Positions 35,588 through 46,340 of a DNA stretch of 64,000 nucleotides are shown here, piece by piece (the first letter of the stretch is position 1; every line of letters starts with the position of its first letter). The stretch lies in contig NC_045696.1 of NCBI RefSeq assembly GCF_009834535.1, positions 82,524,001-82,588,000 on the forward strand. The letters run 5' to 3'. The stretch is from Camelus ferus (taxonomy: Eukaryota). The translations under genes and the position numbers were made by a program. Below the pieces are notes generated by a model that was given only the letters and a program-made list of their open reading frames with translations, was not told where the DNA came from and searched no databases.

Positions 35588-38390
35588 ATGACAATAAATA
35601 CATACCTATAAATAGTTACTTTAAATGTCAATGGACTAAATGCTCCAATCAAAAGACATAGGGTAGCTGTTTGGATAAAAAAATGCAAGATCCTTCTATA
35701 TGCTGTCTACAAGAGACTTCAGAGCTAAAGACACACAGACTGAAATAAGGGATGGGGAAAGACATTTCATGCAAATGGAAATGACAAGAAAACAAGGAGA
35801 GCAATACTCATAAAAGACAAGATAGACTTTAAAACAAAGGCTATATTTAAAATAACACAAGAAACCAAAGGCTATAACAACAACAACAACAAAAAAGAAG
35901 GACATTATATAATGATAAAAATATCAGTGCAACAAGAAGATGCTATACTCGTTAACACATACGCACCCAATACAGGAGCACCTAAATATATGAAGCAAAT
36001 ACTAACAGACATAAAGGGAGAAACTAGCAATAATATAATAATAATAGAGGACTTTAACACCCCACTTACATCACTGGACAAATCATCCAGACAGAAAATA
36101 AGGCAAAGTGGTTTTAAATGATGCAATAGGCTAGTTGGACTTAATAGATATCTATAGGACATTAAATCCAAAAACAGCAGAATACACATTCTTTTCAAGA
36201 ACACACATTCTTTTCAAGAACACATAGAATGTTCTCCAGAATAAATTAGATGCTAGGCCACAAAACAAGTCTCAACAAATTTAAGAGGATAGAAATTATA
36301 TCAAGCATTTTTTTCCTGACCACAACAGTATGAAAATAGAAATCAATTATAGAATGAAAAATGGAAAAAGAACAAACATGTGGAGTCTGAACAACATGCT
36401 ACTAAAAAGCTAATGGGTCAGTGAAGAAATAAAGAAGAAATCAGAAAATACCTTGAAAATGTAAAAAGAATTAAGAGTAACATATGATTTTTTTAATTAA
36501 AAAAAAAAAAATACCTTGAGACAAATGAAAATGGAAACACAACACTCTGTAATATATGGGATGCAGCAAAAGCAGTTCTAAGAGGGAGGCTCATAGAGAC
36601 ACAGACCTTCCTCAAGAAACAAGAAATATCTCAAATAAACCACCTAATCAACCACCTAAAGGAGTTAGAAGGAGAAGAACAAACAAATCCTAAAGTCAGC
36701 AGAAGAAACGGTCAATGAAACTAAGAGCTAGTTTTTTGAAAAACAAACAACAATTGATAAAATAGTATTGGAAATCCTAGGCACAGCAATCAGTCAAGAA
36801 AAAGAAATAAAGTGCATTGGAGTTGGAAGGGAAGAAGTAAAACTGTCACTATTTGCAAATGACATGACACTCCACCAAAAACTATTAGAACTAACGAATA
36901 CAGCAAAGTTGCAGGATACAGGATTATTATACAGAAATCTTTTGCTTTTCTATACTTTGATAATGAACTATCAGAAAGAGAAAGTAAAACAATCCATTTA
37001 AAGTAGCATCAAATAAAACAAAATACCTAGGAAAGTATAACTAAGGAGGTGAATGACTCATATTCTGAAAATTATAAAACATTGACTAAGGAATCTGAAG
37101 ATGATACAATGAAACAGAAAGATTTCCTGTGCACTTGGATTGGAAGAATTAATATTGTTAAAAGGGCCATACTACCCAAAGCAACCTACAGATTTAATGC
37201 AATCCCTGTCAAAATACCCATGACATTTTTTCATAGAACTAGAGCAAATAATCTTAAAATTCATGTGGAAGCATACCCTGAATTGCCAAACCAATCTTGA
37301 GAAAAAAGAAAAAAGCTGGAGAGGTATCACCCTCCTAGACTTCAGGTTATACTACAAAGCTACAGTAATTAAAACAGCATGGCACTGACACAAAAACAGA
37401 CACATAGATCAATGGAATAGAATAGAGAGCCCTGAAATAAGCCCACACACCTATGGTCAATTAATCTATGACAAAGGAGGCAAAAATATACAATGGGGAA
37501 AGGACAATTTCTTCAATAAGTGGTTCTAGGAAAACTGAACAACTACATGTGAAACAGTGATATTAGAACATTTTCTTATGCCAAATACAAAATAAACTCA
37601 GAATGGATTAAAGACCTAAATATAAGACCTGAAATCATAAAACTCCTAGACGAGAAGATAGGCAGAACACTTTTTGACATAAATTGTAGCCATATTGTTT
37701 TTTGGATTTATCTCCTAAGGCAAAAGAAATAAGTTCAAAAATAAACAAATAGGACTTAATTAAACTTTAAAGCTTTTTCATAGCAAAGGAAACCATTGAC
37801 AAAGTGAAAAGAGAAATCTACAGAATAGGAGAAAATATTTGCAAATGATATGACAGACAAAGTGATAATATCCAAAATATATAAACAGCTCATACAACTC
37901 GATTAAAAAAACCATAAACAACCCAATCAAAAATGGGCAGAAGACATACATAGACATTTTTCCAAAGAAGACATACAGATGGCTAACAGGCACAAAAAAG
38001 ATGCTCAACATTGTGAATTATTAGAGAAGTGCAAATCAGAACAACAATGAGATATCACCTTATAACTGTCAAAATTGCTATCATCAAAAAGTCTACAAAC
38101 AACAAATGTTGGTGAGGATGTGCAGAAAAGGGAATCCTTGTACACTGTTGGTGGGAATGTAAATTGGTGCAGCCACTATGGAAAATCATATGGAGAGTCT
38201 CCCCAAATTAAAAATAGAACTACCATATGATCTAGCAATTCCACTCTTGGGTATATATCTGGGGAAAATTAAAACACTAATTCAAAAAGGTACATGCACC
38301 TCAATGTTTATAGTAGCACTATTTACAACAGACAAGATACAGAAGTGAACCAAGTGTTTCTTAACAGACAAATGGATAAAGAAGATGTAG
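35588..38390 (+). pseudogene. L1 ORF2p (endonuclease/RT) remnant, dead
   Basis: TLNVNGLNAPIKRHR, NTYAPNTGAP..DFNTPL (EN), KLSLFANDM (FADD motif mutated), WIGRINIVK..LPKA.YRFNAIP; frameshifts and a large deletion at ~36761. Confidence 0.92.
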
Positions 38391-38865
38391 TTTATGTACA
38401 ATGGAATATTACTCAGCCATAAAAAAGAACAAAATCCTGCCATTTGCAGCAATGTGGATGGACCTAGAGAATATTATGTTTAATGAAATAAGTCAAACAC
38501 AGAAAGACAAATACTCCATGATATCACTTATGTGTGGAATCTAAAAAAATAAAACAAATGAATGTATATAGCAAAACCAGAATAAACTCTCAGATCTAGA
38601 AAATAAACTAGTGGTTATCAGTGGAGAGAGGGAAGGGCAAGATAGGGGTATGAGATTAAGAGAAATAAACTACTCTAAAAAATAGATAAGCAACAAGGAT
38701 ATATTGTCTAGCACAGGAAATTATAGCCATTATCTTATAATAAATTTTATGGAGTATATTCTATAAAAATACTGAGTCACTATGCTGTACACCTGAAAAT
38801 AATATAATATTGTAAATCAATAATATTGCAATACAAAAAGTGTTGCATGATCGTCTTTATCTTTG

Positions 38866-39520
38866 TGGCAGAGTGGCAAGAACACTGGATTAGGAGTCAT
38901 GAGGTCACCACTCTCTTGCTTATTGAGCAACCTGGGGAAATCACCATTTCTGCATTTCAGATGCTTCATGTGTAAAAGGGTATTTCAGGATTCCCTGGTT
39001 GCAAGCAACAGAAACTGGCTCTGACTAACTTAAGCAAAAGAAAATTTATTGGAATGGTTTGGGGAGTACTCAGAACTGAAGGAGGGCTGGAAAAGTAGGC
39101 TTGGAAATGGGGGAGTAGTCACAGTACCTACAGAGGGTTGGAGAATTTGAATAGGTCTTGTAGCAGGAAGAGTATGATCTGGATTCTCCTGCTGAAATGA
39201 AAACCTCTAAATATTTCTAGTATCTTTGTTCCTCTGCTCAAGATTCATATTCACAGGAAAGTCCCCTAAAATGCCAACTTCTAGGAAGGGGATGGACTTT
39301 GGAATTCAGTTTCATGTCTGCTCTGTCGATATAAGGTAAATCCTCAGAGGGAAATCAAAGCACTCTAGAAAGAAAAGTAGATCCTGGGCTGTAAGAAAAT
39401 AACAGATGTCAACCAAAGATTATAAATGATGCTACTTTTCCTATAATTTGTGAATATTACATATGTGACATATGTGATGATGCTCAGTAAAGTCTAATGT
39501 ACTGGGTAGTATTGTTATTG
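38866..39520 (+). mobile_element. MIR split by an MLT1 LTR (MIR parts ~38866-38980 and ~39418-39520)
   Basis: agaacactggattaggagtca...gcttcatgtgtaaaaggg | ...gctacttttcctataatttgtgaatatt. Confidence 0.55.
38980..39416 (-). mobile_element. MLT1 (L/N-like) solo LTR
   Basis: tcaggattccctggttgcaagcaacagaaactggctctgactaacttaagcaaaagaaaatttattgga. Confidence 0.75.
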
Positions 39521-39997
39521 TGTAGTGTTATTGTGTTAGTGATATAGACCTTGAATTCGTAAGCGACTAACCCAGCAATCATATTATGTAGTTACTTCTG
39601 GTCAACATTATATCCTTAAGCATAACTTTACATGATAAAAAAAAAAAAGCTTCAGTATAATTACGGAAACCAGTCTTTCTAATTAAAATCTTGAATTCAT
39701 CCTCTATTTGAGGATCAGAGAAATACCAGGTAACCTTAATGAGTTATAAGGTATCCATCAAAATTAGTAAATTCTTTGTTAGATTTTAAACAATGAAAGT
39801 TGGTAAATGACCAGTTTGGTCATTAAAAACCTTGTCAGTGGCATAAATGGGAATGTTTTTATGTTATTAACAGTAGACTTACTTCCTGAACCAGAGTCAG
39901 TAATAGGAATTTATAGAAATGGCACTTAACGTTTTTTATTTGCAAGGCCCAAATGAGTATTCCAGAGTTGGCAAAAACATGGCCTTTAATAAGAGAC

Positions 39998-40238
39998 TTT
40001 TCTTTCTTTATTTCCCTTCCTTTCTTCCTTCCTTTCCCTTCCTTTCTTCCTTCCTTCCCTTCTTTCTTTCTCTCACTCTTTCTCTCATTTCTTTCTTTCT
40101 CGCATTTTTCTTTCTTTCTCTCATTTCTTTCTTTCTTTCTTTCTCCTTTCTTTCTTTCTCCTCTTTCTTTCTTTCTTTCTTCTTCCTTCCTTCCTTCCTT
40201 CCTTCCTTCCTTCCTTCCTTCCTTCCTTCCTTCTTTCT

Positions 40239-40298
<60 letters not shown>

Positions 40299-40309
40299 TC
40301 ATCTTTCTT
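39998..40309 (+). repeat. Compound (TTTC)n/(TTCC)n polypyrimidine tract, ~310 bp
   Basis: Directly visible; source of the K/E/R-rich and F/L/S-rich ORFs. Confidence 0.97.
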
Positions 40310-41119
40310 AGTGAGGATAAAAATATTAAGTACAACATCACTGTAATTTGAGTGTAAATGCTTGCAGTGATTTTATTAGGAAATTCAGTAGCCATGTTTT
40401 TCACTTAAAAAAAAATTAGACATCTCTTTTCTGGTCCTTGGTCCTAGTGGTATAATAAAATGAAAATGAGATACAGGAAATGGGAAGGCTGTAGTGTTCT
40501 TTACATTATATAGGGTCATGCAGAATGGAATGATTACTATTCTTGACTCAACTAAGGCATGTATGTTCAAACTCTAAGCAAACCTTCAGATTACTCAGTT
40601 ACTATTGGAAATTTGAGAATAACATTTCTGAATAAGTGTTTTTATAGAATCAAGAGGGGCCTAATTGTGTAGATACCGTAGCATATGCCTTAAAAGAAAG
40701 AAAAGTTAGTTATATTCTTGAGGATTTGATGGACACATTCGTTGATTTCAGAAGAGTCTGGAAAATGACTAAATTTAATTTCTGTTCCAGTTAAGAATAA
40801 ATTGATTTTCCTTGGACTATTAGAACTTTTCTTTAGTCCCACTAGGACTTGACTATTTTAACAAATGTTTTATGTGTGAGTGGAAGAGATTAGTTTATAT
40901 AACCAGATTTAGCCTTGGTTTTTCTAATAAGCAACGTGTTGTATAATCTCACGTTATGCTACATGTTGACTTTTGGTTAGGTGAATAATTAAACCTAGTA
41001 TCCACTCAATTCAAACTACTTGTGTATTGGATGAATTACATAGGATCTTAGAAGGTTTTTAAAAAAGTATATAATTGCTTATTAATTGAATCTTTATCAA
41101 GATGAATTCAGGTGGAAAT

Positions 41120-41350
41120 CTTAAATTTTTAAAACATTTATTTTGCCTGATGATAAAGCAATATAAAGTAATATGTACTGATTATGGAGACTATTAGGAA
41201 GTTTGGAAAAGAAAATGTCATCCACTATCATGTCACTCAGAAACAAATACTGTTATTATTTTGAAATGTTCAAAATTCTAATTTTGAGTTGTTTTTTCTC
41301 TAAATGTATTTACATTTTAAATATAGTTTTGTTTAATTGTTTAAACATGA
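41120..41350 (-). mobile_element. Old L1 (L1ME-like) 3' fragment
   Basis: ataaagtaatatgtactgattatggaga...tccactatcatgtcactcagaaacaaatactgttattatttt. Confidence 0.45.
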
Positions 41351-41929
41351 ACAGCTTTCATCTGTATTCATTATTCAGAAGCTGAATAATTAACAAATGG
41401 CTGAAATTTTTAAAAGGACGATTAGAAAAAAGCCATCATACTTAGAGAAGGTAGAGGCATGCACCTATTATATTGCCTGATACACTGTTATCAGGGAACA
41501 CACAGCCAAGTGTTATCATTGACTTTTATCATGTGGTGCTTTATCTAGTTTTATTTTACTTCCAGTGATGTCTAACAGTTTCCTTTTGGTAGGCTTTTAT
41601 GATCGAATAAGTAGGTTTTCCTAATATTTTCATTCAGTTATTTTAAGCCTCATTTCCTTATCCTACTGTCAAGTTATTAAACATTATTTTAAAAACTATA
41701 AAGTGTGAGTGATTGAATACAGTGCTGTCTGATTTCAAAATTTTGCACTGTTCCCTTTACTGACAGTAGAGTCAAGTCTATAGTTTTGAGATGATTTTGT
41801 CTCTTCTGAAGATAGCGAATGGGCCTAGAAAATCATAGGGGAGAGAACCTTGGAAAAACTCTATATTTTTATTCCTGTTTTTCCTCTACTGGCTACCCTA
41901 TGCTTAATACACTTTATACTTTTTTATTT

Positions 41930-42700
41930 TTCTAAAAAGTTATAGCATTGCTAACATCCTCCCGTGGAAGATAAGGAGTTTTGTACTTTTTTAGAACATC
42001 CTTCTGATCTCTCAAGTCTTAGCCATCAATTCCCATCTCTCTCTTGATTTTCTAGACTTTTAGTTTTGGTTTCCTTTAAGATGTGTCAGTATGTCTTGCT
42101 GACTTAATTGTTCACTATTGTTTCTTGTGTCTCATTCTTTCTTTTCTTCCCCCCTAGGATGGGTGTTTTATTTGTTTGTTTTGTTTTGTTTGATTCTGAA
42201 AAACTTTAAGCCGTGATCTCTTCAAATATTGCCTCTCTGCTGTTTTCTTTTTCTGCTGTACATGTATACATGTAAATATATAGATAGATATATTCATATA
42301 TATATTCTGACATCTCCTAACTTCTCTTTATTTCAATCTCTTCATCTCTATGTTTTGTGAGATTATCAGTTGCATCATTGAGTTCACTAATTTTCTCTTC
42401 AGCATTATCTAGTTTACTCTTTAGCCTATATATTGGACTTTATAATCTCATATTTTTCCATTTCAAGATTTCCAACAGAAAAATAGCTATTGTTCTGTTT
42501 CATAACCTGATTTTATTTCATGGATACTAATCCTCCTTTTCCTCTTTGAAAACTTTAAGCCTTGTTGTTTAAAAGTCCTGATTGTTTCTTTACTTCTATT
42601 TCTCCATATAAGTTGTCCCTTCTATTAGGCTTCTTGTCTTTTTCAGTGCTGATTTTCTTTTGAGAATTAATTTTTTAAAATTGCTCATCCTGCATGGGGA
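41930..42700 (-). mobile_element. Old L1/HAL1 ORF1-region fragment
   Basis: ttctgaaaaactttaagccgtgatctcttcaaatattgcctct, gagttcactaattttctcttcagc. Confidence 0.6.
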
Positions 42701-43592
42701 TCCCCTTTAACACATTCCTCGCTATATGGAAATTCACAGTTGTCTCAGCTGCACCAGGTCTTGTGATAGTGTGAATAAAGTGATCTTACCCTCTGTTCAG
42801 AGGCTGGGAATCTCTGGCTTCAGTTGGGTGCTCAGTTCATGTGTGAAGCATGTTCAGGCCCTTTCCTATACGAGCACTGAAACATAATCCTTACCATTTA
42901 TTTTTGGCCATAATCCAGACAAAGACCCTCTACTGTTGTAGATTTCCTTTTTTTTAATGGTCCATGGAAAACTTTCTTGCTTTTGAACAGGATTGTGCTT
43001 TCAAATATTTCAAAAATAGTTATCTGTTACTTCTCATATTTGAATAGGAACAATTTTGGCATGTGTTTACACTGCCGTTTTCATCTGTTATCTTTTCATG
43101 GGATTTACAGATACATTTTATTTTGGATAAACATTTTCCATGAAGGTAAAATATGTTTTTATGGAATCTTCTTTCTTAATTCAGGATATGATATGTTCAC
43201 ATTACACGGAACTGAAATAGAGAAATAATTGAGATCATAAGGACAAATTGTGTATTTCGTCACCCTGAACTTAAAACCTCCTTAGATTGAATATTCATGA
43301 AGAAGATTCAATAGGGAGAACATTCATAATATCTTAAGGAATAGAAGTAAAGGGCATATTCAGTTGAAACCTGAAAGAGTCTTTTAAAATCTAGAGAAAA
43401 GAAGATGTGAAATAGGGACTCCTCTTTATCAACTGATTTACCAGTCATGATTCAAACATTTCAGAGGCCACGAACAGAATACATGGGGAACCTTGGCTTA
43501 AGACAGAAAACTCAACAAAACAAAACCTCTCTTTTGGACTTTATTCAGTAAATAACAAGTAAGTTGCTAAACCTGCATGTGCAACTTTCCTG

Positions 43593-43910
43593 TTCATTCA
43601 CTCAACAAACACATTGGCCTCATGTGAGTTGAAGTTGAACTTTATTTAGACATAATGGGGAGCCATTGGAATGTCTAAAATGTGAAGAGATACAATCAGA
43701 ATCATGCTTTAGGATGTTTAATTTGGCAGAAGTATGCAAGATGAATTGTAACTGAAAATTTGGAGAACTAGTTAGCGGGCTATTGCAAAAGAAACATTGG
43801 AAGTAAATAATAAGAACCTGAACTAGATTGTGGCAAAGGAATAGAAAGAATAACATAGCAAGGAAAGAGTCAGCGGGACTTGGTTACTGACTGTATGTGG
43901 GAAATAGGGA
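43593..43910 (-). mobile_element. L2
   Basis: ttcattcactcaacaaacac, aatggggagccattggaa, gagaactagttagcgggctattgca. Confidence 0.75.
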
Positions 43911-44749
43911 GGCAGATATGAGTTAGGGGATAGGGGGATCAATGCTGCCGTGAAGGAAACTGCACAATCAGACTGCAAGGCATTAAGGAAATAAAGATTC
44001 TGTTCATTTAAATATGATGTGAATTTATGGACTCTTTTTTAGGGGCGATCAGTGGCTGTGAGAAGCAGAGAAATCATGGAACAGTTTTAATGGATAGATG
44101 GCTAAAATCTTAAAGTTTATGCATGATTGACCATGTTTTACAGAATAGAATCTATTTTATGTGGATCCCAAAGAAAAATTTTCAGTTGTCGTCAGTTGCC
44201 TGTAAATATTTATTGTTCATGACTATATGTTTAGAAAATAGAATCAAGAAAAAGTCATTGTTTTCCTCCTGTCACATGATTTGGATTTTCCACTGCAGTT
44301 CAACTGAAAGTCAGACTGGGATTTTAGGAATGAACCAAGACATGGAAACACTTAGGTCCAGCCATGTTCCGGGGGAGGCTTTACGATGGAGATAGAATCA
44401 AATACTGAATGAAAGAATTTGGAGTCATTGCAGGGTTATCTCCAGCCCGAGGGGAAATGACCAGTCAGGAAGGGCACCTGGCATGAGAAGCTGGGGTGGC
44501 AGCTTGCCGATAACCCTGGGAAGAGCTGCACTCTCTTTAAGGAAGTCACAGAATCAGCTTCCTGCAAAAACACGTTAATTTGACCATTCACTTGCTCTCA
44601 AATGAGGTATGGATAATGGTGACCCTAAAAAAAAATAAGGCAGTTTTAGCGAATTTGAGAAAATCCCTCTTTTAGGTTACAAACACCACAAATGTTTTAT
44701 AACTGAAGCCCTCAGCCAGGGGATAATAATAATTTCCATATGCACGTCT

Positions 44750-44880
44750 GGTTCTAACATGGGAATATATTTCCAAAGATGGGTGTGGTGTCTCTCTTCC
44801 AGGGAATGTTTAAGGCTCATAGAGGCAACTGCTTATCTGCTGAATTCCAGTTGACTCCTGTTAGACTCTGCAGATCCCTG
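44750..44880 (+). mobile_element. CR1/L3 3' terminal fragment
   Basis: gtggtgtctctcttccagggaatgtttaagg...caactgcttatctg resembles the CR1 3' end. Confidence 0.4.
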
Positions 44881-45084
44881 ACATGTTTTCAGTGGTGATT
44901 GATCTGCCATTGGCCACGACGGCATTTTCTTTGTTTTCTACTTTTCCCATGAGCACTGTGCTTTATCTTGTTTGAAGAGGCACCCGTATAAAAATTGCAT
45001 ATTCAGAGGAACAGACTTTCATGTTCCCTTTCCTTTCGATGCTCATGACTTGCACCTGTAGTCAACTCCTTTTCTGGTGGTGTC

Positions 45085-45220
45085 TTTGTACCTACTATGT
45101 GCCAGGTGCTGTTTCCATCAAATGCTCACGTCACTTCTATGATGTAATTCTGTTATCGTCTCAGAGGCTCAAAGAGGAGTCCCACCTTGCTGAAAATTCA
45201 CCACTTATAAGTGGCCAGCC
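45085..45220 (-). mobile_element. MIR
   Basis: gtacctactatgtgccaggtgctgt...gaggctcaaagaggagtcccaccttgc. Confidence 0.65.
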
Positions 45221-45809
45221 ACCAGTCACTGTCACTGTGCCACGCTGCTTCCCATAAGTACAGCTTGGCTACTGACTTTGATACTGAAGAGATTCTGCTA
45301 ATGGTTGGTTCAGAGTTCTGACTGTGAAAGCAGTATTCAAGCTACCAACACAGTCAAAATGGGGCCCCTTAGCCTCTTTTGGAAAAGCCGTGGGGAAAAT
45401 GAACATTGACGATACAATGGCCCTACCACAGCCTCTCCATCTGCCACAGGGACTTCTTTCCTAGCAGCACTTCCCTGTGATTAAAAAGCTATTTCCACTC
45501 AAGAAACCACCGACCTTTTGAAAAATGTAGTCCCTTCTCTCTGTTCCCTAAAGGAAGCAGACATCAGGTGGCACTAAAAAGGCATCCATATAAAATGCAG
45601 ACTCCACCTGTGACTTCTAATATTTTAGTGTAGTATGTTGAGAAACAATTGCAAAGGAATAAAGACTTAACAGTATCATGTTAGCACTGAAATTTCCCTC
45701 ACAATTGAACTATCTGCTCCTTCATCCCTGCCTGCCCCCCAAATACATTTATAGTCTGTTGTGATGAGATTCTACCTTTTCCACCACCCAGGCTTATCAA
45801 AGCTATAAA

Positions 45810-46085
45810 CTGGTCACATAATTCACAGAAGCTTAAAGATACGTGGAGAACTTGGATAGGGTCCAGGGGAGAGCAATGAAAATGATTAACGGGTTGGAAA
45901 ACAGCGCTGATGAAAAAAGATGAATGGAATCAGGATTACTGGTATTGAGGTTTAGAGGTGACTTAATAACTGTCCTCAACTGTATAAAGGACTTTTAAGA
46001 GAAGCCTGGTGGCCAAGTGTCTTCCAAATCCATCTCATAAAAGGAAAAAAGCGACTAAACAGCAAGGATTTAACCTGGATGTGAG
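45810..46085 (+). mobile_element. CR1/L3 RT C-terminal fragment
   Basis: Translates VENLDRVQGRAMKMINGLENSADEKR*MESGL, similar to CR1 LERVQRRATKMIRGLE..YEERLKELGL; then agaggtgacttaata. Confidence 0.8.
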
Positions 46086-46250
46086 TTTCAAAGAGGATTC
46101 ATCCTCACTATGGCCACTTATTGACTCTCTTCCATTCCTTCTATCATTATTATTGATTTTTCATCATTATTGATTTCTAATGAGAAGGTTGAATGTGAAT
46201 GGCATCATAGGTAGAATAATTTATATAAAAAAGCTTTCTTCCCAGGAAGG

Positions 46251-46340
46251 CAGTGGTTCTCAATCGGAAGTTTGAGGTAGGAAGAGCCATCAGAATCACC
46301 ACATGGGGAACCTTTACAAAATACAGATGCTCTAGGATCC
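46251..46340 (+). mobile_element. MER5-family fragment
   Basis: cagtggttctcaa...catcagaatcacc...aaaatacagatgc. Confidence 0.55.

Larger units (their letters stand above)
34671..38839 (+). mobile_element. 5'-truncated, internally deleted LINE-1 (artiodactyl/laurasiatherian type), ~4.2 kb
   Basis: ORF1 remnant (LRDLWDN..IHIIGVPEG, PRHIIIKMAKVK), ORF2 remnants, and a 3'UTR ending tatgctgtacacctgaaa...attgtaaatcaa. Confidence 0.97.

Noticed and set aside
35912..37300. ORFs with endonuclease/RT similarity as a host gene or novel RT system
   Set aside because: Fragments of a dead LINE-1 ORF2 with frameshifts, deletions and a mutated catalytic motif
39859..40404. 181-aa K/E/R-rich ORF and opposite-strand F/L/S-rich ORFs
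   Set aside because: Translations of the (TTTC/TTCC)n microsatellite
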